This document shows positions 36,066-46,260 of a stretch of DNA of 64,000 nucleotides, piece by piece; position 1 is the first letter of the stretch, and each line of letters starts with the position of its first letter. The position numbers were made by a program, and so were the translations under genes. The stretch lies in NCBI GenBank assembly GCA_030431455.1, contig JAUIJE010000003.1, positions 264,360-328,359 of the forward strand, read 5' to 3'. The DNA comes from a bacterium (lineage in GTDB: Bacteria > Myxococcota > UBA727 > JAUIJE01). The notes beneath the pieces were generated by a model. It had not been told where the DNA came from. It made no database searches and saw only the letters and a list, made by a program, of their open reading frames with translations.

Positions 36066-38552
36066 ATGCGTGCTGTTGTTTCGTCGTCGATTCTTGTCCT
36101 CTTGTTGACCGGGTGCTGGGAATTTGACGGGCCGGTCGAGCCCGAGCCGCAGCCCGAAGGCACCTCCGGCGTGTCCGGTCGGCTGCTGGTGCTCGGTGGC
36201 GAATCCACCGGCGACGACGCCCTCATCGCCCAACAACGCGAAAACCTCGCCGCGGCCTTCGCCACCGACGACGACGACACCCCCGCCCCGGCCATCCACC
36301 CGTCCCACCGCCCCTACACCCTCGGCGACCTCGCCCCCGAGCTCCCCCGCGCCCCCGAGTGGCGGCCGGGCGAGCTCATCATCGGGTACGAGACCGGTCG
36401 CTTCACCAAACACGCCCTCACCGCCATTCTCAACGACCTCATCGACGACACCGCGCACCACGCGCTCGACGCCCAGGTGACGCTCTGCACCGCCCGCCGG
36501 TTCTGTCTGGTCAAGGTCGGTCACGGGCCGTTCGACGACGAGGGACGCCCCCAAAAGCCCGCCTCCCTCGAGGCCACCCAGGCCCTCGAGACCCTGCTGC
36601 ACCCAAAACGCCCCGACGGCGTGCGCTACATCGCGGCCAACTACCTCAAGTACGCCACCCGGGTGCCCAACGACCCGCTCTATGTGATCCAAGACTGGCA
36701 CTACAGCTTCCCCGGCCTCCCCGCGGCCTGGGACATCTCCACCGGAGACCCCAACCTCGTGATCGCGGTCGTCGACAGTGGCATTGTCGTCTCCCACCCC
36801 GAGCTCATCAACCGCACCGTGCCCGGGGCCGACATCATCGAGGACGCCAACGTGGCCAACGATGGCGACGGCCGCGACCTCAACCCCAACGACGACGCCG
36901 GCCAGTACCATGGCACCCACGTCGCCGGCACCATCGGGGCCGAGACCAACAACGGCAACGGCGCCTCGGGCGTGACCTGGCAAGGGAGCATTCAAGCCGT
37001 GCGCGTGCTCGGCCAAGGCTTGTCCGGCTCAACCTTCGACGTGTTGTCCGGTCTGTACTGGGCCATCGGCGACCCCGACGTCGACGACGTGCCCCCCAAC
37101 GCCACCCCCGCCAAGGTGGTCAACCTCAGCCTCGGCGGCCCCCTCGGGGGCAACGACTACACCTCGTGGGCCGAGGAGGTCGAATACATCATCGACACCG
37201 CCCCCGATCAGTACGGCAACCCCATCATCATCGCCGCCGCGGGCAACGAGAACCAAAACGCCGACAACATCACCCCCGCCTCGCTGCCCCAGATCATCAC
37301 CGTCGGCGCCCACCGCTATGACGGGCTGCGCACCACCTACTCCAACTGGGGCAACTCCGTCGACATCATGGCCCCGGGCGGCCAAATGGAGGTCGACCAA
37401 AATGGCGACGCCTACCCCGACGGCATCCTGTCACTTTGGGCCAATGAGTATGACTTCGAAGAGGGCACCTCGATGGCCACGCCCCACGTCTCCGGGATCG
37501 CGGGGCTGATTCTCGCGGTGGATCCCAACATCGACCAGAACGCGATGAAGACCTTGCTCCGCTCCACCGCCGACCCCGCCGGGGTGTGCGCGGAGGGCTG
37601 CGGCACCGGCCACATCGACGCCTCCGCCGCGCTGCTCGCCGCGGGCGGGGTCAGCTCGCCCACGCCCCAGCTCGCCGCCGACCGCACCCGGCTCATCTTC
37701 GGCGTCGACCAAAGCTACCGGGAGGTCAATGTGCTCAACATCGGCGAGGGCCTGCTCGAGTACAACGTCGAGGTCATCGGGGCCCAGGCCGCGCTGTTCA
37801 GTGCCGAGATCGCCACCGGCTCCCTGCAGACCGGCCAGGTCTATCCCTTGGGGGTGAGCCTCTCGCGCAATGGGTTCGTCGCCGGCAGCGCCAACCTCAA
37901 GCTCAGCGGCTACGGCGACGCGGCGGGCCAAGAGGTGTACATCGACCTCGCGTTCTCCGACGAGCAAGCCAACAACGGCAACAATCTCATTGTCGCCCAA
38001 GTGGGGGCCTACACCCGGCTCGAAAACGGCACGTACCAGTCGCTGGTCCCGCCGGTGTTGGCCCGCGCCGACGATGGGTTCTCCTACGAGATCACCGGCC
38101 TGTTCCCTGGGGACGTGTTCGTGCTCGCGGTGGGCGACGACAACAACGACGGCACCTTCGACACCGACAACGAGAGCTTCGGGGCGTGGCCCGTGGGCTC
38201 CAACCCGCAGTTCATCACCGTCGAGGAGGACACCATGTACACCGAGGTCAACTTTGGCCTGCGCGGCGGGTACACGGACAAAGAAGACGGGTACGTGGGG
38301 TCGAGCTGCCAAGTCGACGGGGACTGTTCGTTTGCCTCCGACGGCACCTGCATCACCGAGTGGCAAGGCGGGTATTGCTCGCGGGTGTGCGACGACGGCT
38401 TCTGTGGGCCGGGCGCGTCGTGTGAAATCCTCGACTGCGGGGGCACGCCCTGCAACGTCTGCCTCGCCACCTGCGCGGGCGCGTCCAGCTGCCGCACCGG
38501 GGATGGCTACACCTGCGACCCGTTCAACACCTGCACCCCCGTGGGCTTCTGA
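36066..38552 (+). CDS. Subtilisin-like (S8) serine protease lipoprotein with a C-terminal Cys-rich domain
   Basis: Lipobox (LLLTGCW). Catalytic Asp (VAVVDSGIVVSHPEL), His (HGTHVAGTIGAETNNGNGASGV) and Ser (GTSMATPHVSGIAGLIL) motifs. The C-terminal ~90 aa contain 14 Cys. A GTG at 36060 is an alternative start. Confidence 0.85.
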   Translation: MRAVVSSSILVLLLTGCWEFDGPVEPEPQPEGTSGVSGRLLVLGGESTGDDALIAQQRENLAAAFATDDDDTPAPAIHPSHRPYTLGDLAPELPRAPEWRPGELIIGYETGRFTKHALTAILNDLIDDTAHHALDAQVTLCTARRFCLVKVGHGPFDDEGRPQKPASLEATQALETLLHPKRPDGVRYIAANYLKYATRVPNDPLYVIQDWHYSFPGLPAAWDISTGDPNLVIAVVDSGIVVSHPELINRTVPGADIIEDANVANDGDGRDLNPNDDAGQYHGTHVAGTIGAETNNGNGASGVTWQGSIQAVRVLGQGLSGSTFDVLSGLYWAIGDPDVDDVPPNATPAKVVNLSLGGPLGGNDYTSWAEEVEYIIDTAPDQYGNPIIIAAAGNENQNADNITPASLPQIITVGAHRYDGLRTTYSNWGNSVDIMAPGGQMEVDQNGDAYPDGILSLWANEYDFEEGTSMATPHVSGIAGLILAVDPNIDQNAMKTLLRSTADPAGVCAEGCGTGHIDASAALLAAGGVSSPTPQLAADRTRLIFGVDQSYREVNVLNIGEGLLEYNVEVIGAQAALFSAEIATGSLQTGQVYPLGVSLSRNGFVAGSANLKLSGYGDAAGQEVYIDLAFSDEQANNGNNLIVAQVGAYTRLENGTYQSLVPPVLARADDGFSYEITGLFPGDVFVLAVGDDNNDGTFDTDNESFGAWPVGSNPQFITVEEDTMYTEVNFGLRGGYTDKEDGYVGSSCQVDGDCSFASDGTCITEWQGGYCSRVCDDGFCGPGASCEILDCGGTPCNVCLATCAGASSCRTGDGYTCDPFNTCTPVGF

Positions 38553-38762
38553 CCGCGTCGGCGCGCGCCCCCTGCGACCGCGCAAACGCAGTTCCATTGG
38601 GCGATGGGTGGGCGGCGCCCCACCCGCGCGCCGCCCTCGGCTGAGCGACGGGGGGACAGATATTTGATGGGGTCCGCGGCGGCCCGATCGCGTCCCCACG
38701 CGGCCTGACCGCGGGCAAGGTTCTTGAACACCCTGCACGTTCATGTCGGAAAAGGAACGCGC

Positions 38763-39623
38763 ATGTTGTCATTGGTCGCCGCCACCCTCGCCCTCACCCT
38801 CTCCCACCAAACCGTCCGCGAACAGGCGGACGTGGCCGGCAATGAGCTCAGCGTACGCCCCACCCACAATGAGATTCTCCCCGCCAACGGGCGCATCTGG
38901 GCCACCGACCTGTTCAACGATTCGACCCTCACCGTGACCGGGACGGTGATCGCGCCCGACGCCACCACCGAGACGACCCTGAGCCGGCACTGCACCGAAG
39001 ACCACCGCAGCTGCTACCACGGGCTGGCCCTCACCGACCTCGAGGAGGGCGAAGACCTCACCCTCGAGCTGCAACCCTCCCAAGGGCTGTTGTCGCGCGT
39101 CGACGTCACCGTGGGCCCCGAGGACACCACCCCCCCGCCCGCGCTCGAGATCGAGCCCCCCCATGTCTCCGCCTACGTCGACGAGGGCAGCGGCGCGCTG
39201 TTGTACTTCGAGCTCACCATGTTCTTCTCCGCCAGCATTGACAATGACATTGCGATGGTCGAGTTCGTGGAGGTCAACGACGATGGAACCCAAACCCCGC
39301 TGGGCTACCGCATCGTGCAAGACTCTCAGGCCCGCGCGATCCAGACCGTGCGCAGCGACGGGGACGAGCAGGCCTGTTTCGCGGTCAACGCCTACGACCT
39401 GGCCGGCAACCGCACCACCACAGAGACCGACGCCCTGTGCCGGGGCCTCACCATCGACGACGCCGACGACGTGTTTGAGCTGAGCGAAGAACAGGGGGTC
39501 GCGCTTCTGTGGCTGCCCGGATGCAGTCACATCGACGCCACCACCGGGAGCGCGCCGGTGGGCCTGGCCGCACTCCTGGGGCTCGGGCTTTGCTGGGGGC
39601 GCAGCCGGCGCCGCCGCGACTGA
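38763..39623 (+). CDS. Secreted hypothetical protein with a MYXO-CTERM sorting tail
   Basis: Signal (MLSLVAATLALTLS). The C-terminus PGCSHIDATTGSAPVGLAALLGLGLCWGRSRRRRD has Cys, a hydrophobic helix and an Arg cluster. Confidence 0.6.
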   Translation: MLSLVAATLALTLSHQTVREQADVAGNELSVRPTHNEILPANGRIWATDLFNDSTLTVTGTVIAPDATTETTLSRHCTEDHRSCYHGLALTDLEEGEDLTLELQPSQGLLSRVDVTVGPEDTTPPPALEIEPPHVSAYVDEGSGALLYFELTMFFSASIDNDIAMVEFVEVNDDGTQTPLGYRIVQDSQARAIQTVRSDGDEQACFAVNAYDLAGNRTTTETDALCRGLTIDDADDVFELSEEQGVALLWLPGCSHIDATTGSAPVGLAALLGLGLCWGRSRRRRD

Positions 39624-39629
39624 GCGCGG

Positions 39630-40514
39630 CTACAGCAGCTGAAACTGTTTTTGCACCGCCGGCTCGCGGGAGGCGGGGGTGTAGCCCCGGGGCCGGCGGG
39701 CGTCGGGCCGGCGACGACGGGGGGCGGCGGGGATCGCCTGCGCCGGGGTCGAGAGGTCGACGGGCAAGAACGCGTCGCGGTGACGCTGCTCCCGCGCCTT
39801 GAACGTCGACAGCGGCACCTCGGGCACCACCGCCGCCAGCCGCTCGATCTCCGCCCACAACGCGAACAGCGGGGCGGCCCGGGTGGCGGTCTTTTTCGCC
39901 AACAGCGCCTCGACGGTGCGCAAGGCCTCGTCGTACACCCGGACCAGCACCGTCTCGTCGCCCGCGTACAGCGAGCCGAAGGCGGTGGCGAAACGCGACG
40001 GGGCCTTGGGCGCGCGCGGGTCACACACCAACTCGGCCAACAGTGACAAGCCGAACAACGACCGCACTTCGGTGAGCGTCTTTTTGGGGCCTAGCCCCGC
40101 GGGCACCTGCCCGGTGTACCCCACGTGCGCGTACGCGCTGAAGCGCCGGGCCAGATCCACGTCCCCCGCGGGCACCGTCCCCGAGGTGGGAAAGAGGGGG
40201 ACAACCTGCGACGCTGTACCCCCGATGGCGCACATGTCGCCGCCGATGTCGAACAACACCGGGTGCTCGGTGCCGATGTCGAGCCGGGCCGAATCGATGC
40301 CTCGACGCAGCGATCGCGCGACAAAATTGACCGCTTCTTTGGGCTCCAGCGGACCGCCCGCGAACGCAGACAACGCGACCACGTAGCCGGGGGCGCGCAG
40401 CTTTTGGGCCAGGCCCAGGTGCCCGTCCACGTCGACCACCAGCTCGGCCACCCCGGCGATAAGTCGGCTTGATCGCACAGCAAACCAACGGGGCAAAGCG
40501 TTCGGCGACGACAT
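39630..40514 (-). CDS. Hypothetical protein
   Basis: 294-aa ORF with ordinary composition. FDIGGDMCAIGGTASQVV is faintly ASKHA-kinase-like, with no confident assignment. Confidence 0.4.
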   Translation of the reverse strand: MSSPNALPRWFAVRSSRLIAGVAELVVDVDGHLGLAQKLRAPGYVVALSAFAGGPLEPKEAVNFVARSLRRGIDSARLDIGTEHPVLFDIGGDMCAIGGTASQVVPLFPTSGTVPAGDVDLARRFSAYAHVGYTGQVPAGLGPKKTLTEVRSLFGLSLLAELVCDPRAPKAPSRFATAFGSLYAGDETVLVRVYDEALRTVEALLAKKTATRAAPLFALWAEIERLAAVVPEVPLSTFKAREQRHRDAFLPVDLSTPAQAIPAAPRRRRPDARRPRGYTPASREPAVQKQFQLL

Positions 40515-40643
40515 GCGCAGAGAAGATCAGACTCCGATCTGTCCGTCCAGTCTTTTGTGGGCGTCGTCACCCGACCGGGAAACCGGCACCGATCTTGCGC
40601 CGTACTGTTCATGGATTTGCGCGCCCCCTTCAGGTGACGTGTA

Positions 40644-43100
40644 ATGAATGTGAGCAAACGTGGAGTCTCTATGACGTTCTCGGCCCCTGTCTCGACCGGA
40701 AAGATCCTCGCCGCTTCGCTGGTCGCGGGGGTGTTCATCGCCGGGCCGGCCTGTGTTCCCGCCATCAACCCCTGCGATCCCAACGCGCCCGAATCGGTGC
40801 AACAGCGCGCCCGCATCGCGGGGGTGGTGCACGACCAGGCCGACCGCCCAGTCCCGGGGGTGCAGTTGTTTTTGACCCAAACCGGGCAGAGCACCGAGAG
40901 CGGGCCCGACGGCACGTTCGCGTTTGTCGACGTGCTGCCCCAGGACGCGGGCTACGACGTCGCCTCGGTGGTGAACGCGCCGTTGCAAGGGGGACAGGTG
41001 CACCTCCCCCCGCTGGCCTGCGGCGAAGACGTCGAGGACTTGGTGGTCCGGGTCGCGGTGCCGCCCCCCGCGCCCGAGGTCGAGATCGTGCGGGCCACGT
41101 CGAAGGATCGGTTGTTCGTGGCCTTCGGCGCGACCAAGAGCCAAGCCGTGCCCGCCGAGAGCACGGACTCGAACACCACCCCGCAGGAGTTTGTGGATGC
41201 GTGTCAGGGGGGCGACACGGTGCAGTATCATGTGGAGCTGCGCGAGCCGTTTGGCACCTGGCAGCGCGCCCTGGTGCGGACCCGGCCGGTGTTTGATGAG
41301 GACGAGGCAGAAATTGTGGACAGCGCCGACCTCGCGTTCGGGGATGCCTGCGGGCGGGTGGGGTGTGGTTTTTTCGCCTACGCGTTCGAGGACCTGGTGC
41401 GCAAAGACAACGCCCGGTGCGCCGAGGTGGTGGGCTGGCTCGACGAGAACGGTGAGCGGTCCGGGCTCGAAGCCTACGGCCAATACGAGGTGCGGGTCCG
41501 GGCCGACCTGGTGGTGGAGAACAAGCTGCGGGCCCAGACCATCCCCGGGCTGGTGGTGTCCGATGCCAGCGCCCAACCCGAAGAGTTGACGTTGACCCCG
41601 ACCACGGTCATGCCCGTGACCATGTCCGAGGACCCGGACACCAACGCGGGTCTGCTCGACGACGTGGAGATCCAAGCGTTGGTGCCGGTGAGCGCGGACC
41701 GGTTCGCCGCCATCAACGGCCAAGGCCTGGCCGTGATCGGCGCGGGGGAAGGCGACGTGGGGGTGGCGGCGGACATCTTCGGCGGGGTCGCGTTCGACGC
41801 CCAGAGCAGTGAAGCCGGCGACGCGGAGGTCACCAGCGGCGGGCTCGGGGGCGCGGCCCAAGCGTTGGCGATTTTGCCCGCGGGGCGGTGGGTCCGGGTG
41901 TGGAAACGCCTGCCCGATGTCGACGGCACGTCGACGTCGATGATCGACAAGGTGTTCGTCGGGCTCAACCCCGAGGAGGCCCCGGCCAACAACAGCCCGG
42001 AGCAGCCGGTGTTCAACGTCGACATGGGCATGGACCAGATCGCCAACGACTTCTTGGGTTTCCGGTGGATGACCGCCCCCGACGGCGACCCCTTGGGCGC
42101 CGGCTACAACCCCCCCGACGCGTACCTGCTCGCCTTCTCCCGGGGCATCGCGCTGGTGGAGTACGCCGACGGCGAGAGCTTGACCAGCGGCGTGACCACC
42201 GGCGACGACGGCAATGGCCTGCCCGGGGGCAACCCCGGGGCGGGGGACGACTACTACATGACCGAAGGCGACGACGGCGGGTTGCTCGACCCCCGCGACG
42301 TGCTCGGCGGCGACTATCTTTGCAGTGGCATGGTGAACGCGATGGGCACCAACGGTGAAGACGGCGAAGGGCAGACCCACGGCGCTTGTCTCGATTTGCG
42401 GCTGTATGATCCCAACGCCCGGCTGTCCGACGTCGAGATCCTGCGCGGGGATGTGGGCGCGTCCGCGGTTTCGGAGACGTTCCATGTGATGGCCGACGTC
42501 AACAGCGACACGGTGTACGTGATCCGGAGCGATGATTTGCTTGGGGCGGGCATGGGCAGCGACCCCGAGGCCAAGGCGGTGGACTTCATTCAGCCCGTCC
42601 GGGTGGGGTTCAACCCGGTGGCGCTGCAATCCAGTGTCATTTTGGAGTGCGGCGACGGCCCCGAGGTGCGGCACAGCGCCCTGTATGTGGCCAACGCGGG
42701 CAGCGCCGACCTCAGCGTGCTGGTGGTGGACGGCAGCCTCACGACCTCGTCGGTGCAGGAGCACGCGGTGGTTCCGCTCCCCACCGCCCCGGCGCGGTTC
42801 TTCGCCGACCCGGGGGGGCCGACCTGCGACGACCCGTACCTGTGGGTGGTGGGCGACGACGGGCGCATGTTCCCCGTCGACGTGCGGGCGGGCCACTTTG
42901 GGCTCCCGGTGTGCGGCACCCAGGAATGCGCGGTGGAGACCCGCAACCGGGCCCAGGCCGGCGCGGTGGGGCGACGAGGGGGCGGGCCAGGCCGGGTGAT
43001 GATCGGCGGCAGCGGCATGCTCGGCGAAGTCGGGTTCTTGCGGCCCCAACGGCTGAACCCCTTCGAGGAGCTCGGCTCGTTCGACCTCGATTTGCGCTGA
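40644..43100 (+). CDS. Large secreted protein with an N-terminal carboxypeptidase-regulatory-like domain and C-terminal YVTN-type beta-propeller repeats
   Basis: Signal peptide, then GVVHDQADRPVPGVQLFLTQTGQSTESGPDGTFAFVDV (CarbopepD_reg-like). The C-terminal YVANAGSADLSVLVVDG and YLWVVGDDGRMFPVDV resemble YVTN/lactonase-type propeller blades. The antisense ORF 40527..43169 is junk-like. Confidence 0.6.
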   Translation: MNVSKRGVSMTFSAPVSTGKILAASLVAGVFIAGPACVPAINPCDPNAPESVQQRARIAGVVHDQADRPVPGVQLFLTQTGQSTESGPDGTFAFVDVLPQDAGYDVASVVNAPLQGGQVHLPPLACGEDVEDLVVRVAVPPPAPEVEIVRATSKDRLFVAFGATKSQAVPAESTDSNTTPQEFVDACQGGDTVQYHVELREPFGTWQRALVRTRPVFDEDEAEIVDSADLAFGDACGRVGCGFFAYAFEDLVRKDNARCAEVVGWLDENGERSGLEAYGQYEVRVRADLVVENKLRAQTIPGLVVSDASAQPEELTLTPTTVMPVTMSEDPDTNAGLLDDVEIQALVPVSADRFAAINGQGLAVIGAGEGDVGVAADIFGGVAFDAQSSEAGDAEVTSGGLGGAAQALAILPAGRWVRVWKRLPDVDGTSTSMIDKVFVGLNPEEAPANNSPEQPVFNVDMGMDQIANDFLGFRWMTAPDGDPLGAGYNPPDAYLLAFSRGIALVEYADGESLTSGVTTGDDGNGLPGGNPGAGDDYYMTEGDDGGLLDPRDVLGGDYLCSGMVNAMGTNGEDGEGQTHGACLDLRLYDPNARLSDVEILRGDVGASAVSETFHVMADVNSDTVYVIRSDDLLGAGMGSDPEAKAVDFIQPVRVGFNPVALQSSVILECGDGPEVRHSALYVANAGSADLSVLVVDGSLTTSSVQEHAVVPLPTAPARFFADPGGPTCDDPYLWVVGDDGRMFPVDVRAGHFGLPVCGTQECAVETRNRAQAGAVGRRGGGPGRVMIGGSGMLGEVGFLRPQRLNPFEELGSFDLDLR

Positions 43101-43150
43101 ACGGTCCCGGGCTGCCCCGTCGGTTGCCCCGCGCCAACCGACCGGCGACA

Positions 43151-45118
43151 ATGGCGTCCATGAGAGCAAGTGGGCTCTGGGCGGTGGTGCTCGTGTTGGT
43201 CTGGAGCGGCTGTCCCCGTGAACTGGACGGGCTGCGCTGCGACGATCAAGGCGGCTGCGCCGACGGTTACGTCTGCCTCGACGGGTTCTGCATCATTCCG
43301 GACATGCCCGGGGATGGCGACGGCGACGGAGACGGAGACGGAGACGGCCCCCCCGACGGCGGGACCGACGACGCCGGGGCGTCAGGCGACGGGGATGGGG
43401 ATGGAGACGGGGATGGTGATGGAGACGGGGACGGAGATGGAGATGGGGACGGAGATGGAGATGGGGACGGGGATGGTGATGGAGACGGGGACGGAGATGG
43501 TGATGGGGACGGAGATGGTGATGGGGACGGAGACGGGGACGGGGACTGCGCGCCGGACGTCTTTGCCGACGACATGTGCGATTGTGGTTGTGGAACCGCA
43601 GACCCTGCGTGCGGCGATGTGGGTTCAGATGCCTGCGATGTGAACCACTGTCCCGACGGGCTGGCCGCAGACTACGCGGACAACAGCCAATGCCAGGCGG
43701 CGCCCCCCCCGGAATGGACCTGCAACCCCATTTTTTACGGTCGCACCGACGGCTGCGACTGCGGGTGTGCGGTGCTCGACCCCGACTGCGAAGGAACCGG
43801 GTTCGGCGCGTGCCAGTACCATTTCTGTGTCGAGGGCGATGACGAGGACCCGAGCGGCACCGACCCCACCGACCCAACCCAATGTCTCGGGCCGGGGGTG
43901 CCCGGCTGGACCTGCAACGATGACTATTTCGGGGACGGCGATTGTGATTGCGGGTGTCACTACCCCGATCCGGACTGTCCCGCCCCGGCCAAACTGCAAG
44001 ATTGTCTTTACCAAGGGTGTGAACCCGACATGTACATGGACCTGAGCTACGTCGACCCCGACGACGTGTTGCTCTGTCTTGCCGAGGACCCGTTCTTCGC
44101 CGCGGGCTGGACCGCGCGCTGGCCCCTCGACCTCGACGTGTCCGGCCTGAGCGAACCGGTGCTCGACGTGCCCGTCGCGGTTCGGCTCGACCCCGGCCTC
44201 GTGGCCGGCTTCGACGCGGTGCGGCCGGCGGTCGACCTGCGGTTTGTGCAGGACGGGGCCGAGCTGCCCTTCGAGGTCGAGGTCGCGACCCCCACCCGCC
44301 TGTTGGTCTGGGTCCGGCTCGCCCACGCCGACCCCGGGGTCACCCAACGTTTCTTCATGTACGGGGACAACCCGGCCTTGGACACGAGCTACGACAGCTC
44401 CCCCGCGCAGGTGTGGTCCCACGGCTACGAAGCCGTGTGGCACTTCAACGACCTCGCCGACTCGGTGCACACCAACCCCGAGCTCGCGATCGACTTTGCC
44501 GGCGCCGGCGCGCTCACCGGCGACCTCGGCCTCGGCCCCGCCGTCGAGCTCGACAACACCGGCGGGGGCAACATCACCTACACCGACGGGAGCGCCCTCG
44601 ACCTGCTCGTGGGCACCGCCCACCCCGGGGTGGTCGCCCTCGCCGCCACCACCCCGGACGGGGGCCACCAAAAGATCATCGACGTCGCCCACGGGGCCAA
44701 CAGCCTCGACTCACGCTTGTCACTGCTGATCAACAACGCCGACCAAGCGGTGTGTTACCTGCGGGACGCCGCGTACAACTCCGACGCGCTGTTCTCCAAC
44801 GGCACCGTCGCCGACGGCACCCCCCGGGTGTTCGCGGCCTACAGCGATCTCACCGCCGACACCAGCTGGCTTTACGTGGACGGGGCGCTCGCCACCGACC
44901 CGCTCGACAGCGTGCTCACCGCGGGCACCACCTCGACCCAGCCCCCCTGGGGCGCGGCCATCGGCAGCGAAGAAGATCTCACCACCGCCACCTTCAACGG
45001 CGTCATCGACGAGGTCCGTCTCAGCCACGTGGCCCGGAGCGCGTCTTGGGTCTGGCTCGAGGCCCGCACCCTGCGCGGCGCCGCGGTGGTCGTCGGCGCG
45101 GTCGTCAACGCCCCGTGA
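43151..45118 (+). CDS. Lipoprotein with a (Gly-Asp)n linker, three CDCGC...DPxC Cys modules and a C-terminal DUF2341/LamG-like domain
   Basis: Lipobox (VLVWSGCP) and ~45 GD dipeptide repeats. Modules MCDCGCGTADPACGD, GCDCGCAVLDPDCEG and GDCDCGCHYPDPDCP. The C-terminal ~350 aa (VRLAHADPGV...FNGVIDEVRLSHVARSASWVWLE) fit a concanavalin/LamG-like fold. Confidence 0.65.
   Translation: MASMRASGLWAVVLVLVWSGCPRELDGLRCDDQGGCADGYVCLDGFCIIPDMPGDGDGDGDGDGDGPPDGGTDDAGASGDGDGDGDGDGDGDGDGDGDGDGDGDGDGDGDGDGDGDGDGDGDGDGDGDGDGDCAPDVFADDMCDCGCGTADPACGDVGSDACDVNHCPDGLAADYADNSQCQAAPPPEWTCNPIFYGRTDGCDCGCAVLDPDCEGTGFGACQYHFCVEGDDEDPSGTDPTDPTQCLGPGVPGWTCNDDYFGDGDCDCGCHYPDPDCPAPAKLQDCLYQGCEPDMYMDLSYVDPDDVLLCLAEDPFFAAGWTARWPLDLDVSGLSEPVLDVPVAVRLDPGLVAGFDAVRPAVDLRFVQDGAELPFEVEVATPTRLLVWVRLAHADPGVTQRFFMYGDNPALDTSYDSSPAQVWSHGYEAVWHFNDLADSVHTNPELAIDFAGAGALTGDLGLGPAVELDNTGGGNITYTDGSALDLLVGTAHPGVVALAATTPDGGHQKIIDVAHGANSLDSRLSLLINNADQAVCYLRDAAYNSDALFSNGTVADGTPRVFAAYSDLTADTSWLYVDGALATDPLDSVLTAGTTSTQPPWGAAIGSEEDLTTATFNGVIDEVRLSHVARSASWVWLEARTLRGAAVVVGAVVNAP
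43309..43546 (+). repeat. Coding hexanucleotide microsatellite (GGN-GAY)n encoding (Gly-Asp)n
   Basis: ggcgac/ggggat/ggagac units repeated more than 40 times, with a short interruption (PPDGGTDDAGAS). Confidence 0.9.
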
Positions 45119-45198
45119 CCTCGCCCCCGCGATTCGACCTCGACGCGCGGGCCGCACAACGCTAATACGGCGGGGTTCACCCCGACGAGGAGTCGCCC

Positions 45199-46245
45199 AT
45201 GGTCTGGTTCGAAGTGTTCATTCCCGCCAAAGACCAAAGCAAAACCAACGTGACCTTGACCATCGAGGCCCCCAACTGGATCGGTGCCCTGCGCAGCGGC
45301 CTGTCCAACATCGGCGAGGGCCAGGACGCGATGTCCAACGTCATGTGCGACATCAAGCCCGACAACTCCATCCACGTCACCAACCCCAACACCAAGCGCG
45401 TGTTCCGCCTGCGCGAGGTGCCCGCCCCCAGCGACACCGCCCCCCCGGCCGCGGCCGCGCCCGCCCCGGTGCAAGCCGCCCCGCCCCAGGCCGCCACCGA
45501 GCCGATGGTCCCGCCCATCCGGGCCGCCCCCCACGTCTCGCCCACCGCGGCCACTGTCCCCTCCGGCACCCCCCGCCCGGCCCCCACCCCCACCCCCAAA
45601 CGCAAGGCGCCCCCCCCGTCGCGCGAGGTCCAACAGTTCTCTGACGCACCCCGGCCCGCGACCCGGGAAGAGAGCCCGGTGAAAAAGACCGACCCCCAGA
45701 TCGGCCGCACCGACCTCGGCGAGGTCAACATCGACGACGTCATCGCGGATGTGTTCGACGCCACCCAAGACCTGCAAATGGAGGCGACCATCGACCCCAA
45801 GCGGGTCGCCGAGGTCTGCCTCGACCTCGCGATGCAGAAAGTCCCGGCCGAGTCCGGCACCTTCTACACCGCCGACATCAACAACAACGTGCTCGCCTTC
45901 ACCGCGGTGCGGGGCCCCAAGGCGGACGCGATCCTCAAAAAGGGCCTGAGCGTGCCCGTCGGCCAAGGCATCGTGGGCTTCTGCGCCCAGGAAGGCGTGT
46001 GCCTGGTCATCGACCAAATGAAACACGACCAGCGGTACTTCTCGGCCATCGCCGACGCGGTGGGGTACCAGCCGGACAACACCCTCTGCGCCACCTGCGA
46101 AGCCGACGGCCGGCTGTACGGCGCCATCCAGCTCATCAACGCCAAGCGGGGGGGATTCACCGCGGCGGAAATGGAGATCGTTCGCTACATCGGTCTCACC
46201 GCAGCTGGTATGCTGTCGAGAGCGGCCGATCAGAGAGCGGAGTGA
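45199..46245 (+). CDS. GAF-domain protein with a novel N-terminal domain and Pro/Ala-rich linker
   Basis: The C-terminal ~160 aa (VLAFTAVRGPKADAILKKGLSVPVGQGIVGFCAQEGVCLVIDQMKHDQRYF...LCATCEADGRLYGAIQLIN) fit the GAF fold. The N-terminal ~80 aa and the linker are of unknown function. Confidence 0.6.
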   Translation: MVWFEVFIPAKDQSKTNVTLTIEAPNWIGALRSGLSNIGEGQDAMSNVMCDIKPDNSIHVTNPNTKRVFRLREVPAPSDTAPPAAAAPAPVQAAPPQAATEPMVPPIRAAPHVSPTAATVPSGTPRPAPTPTPKRKAPPPSREVQQFSDAPRPATREESPVKKTDPQIGRTDLGEVNIDDVIADVFDATQDLQMEATIDPKRVAEVCLDLAMQKVPAESGTFYTADINNNVLAFTAVRGPKADAILKKGLSVPVGQGIVGFCAQEGVCLVIDQMKHDQRYFSAIADAVGYQPDNTLCATCEADGRLYGAIQLINAKRGGFTAAEMEIVRYIGLTAAGMLSRAADQRAE

Positions 46246-46260
46246 GCCGCCGCAAGGAGT

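Noticed and set aside
40527-43169. 880-aa minus-strand ORF
   Set aside because: Antisense to the 818-aa secreted protein, which has a signal peptide, a CarbopepD_reg-like domain and YVTN-like repeats. The minus product is His/Arg/Val-rich with no motifs.
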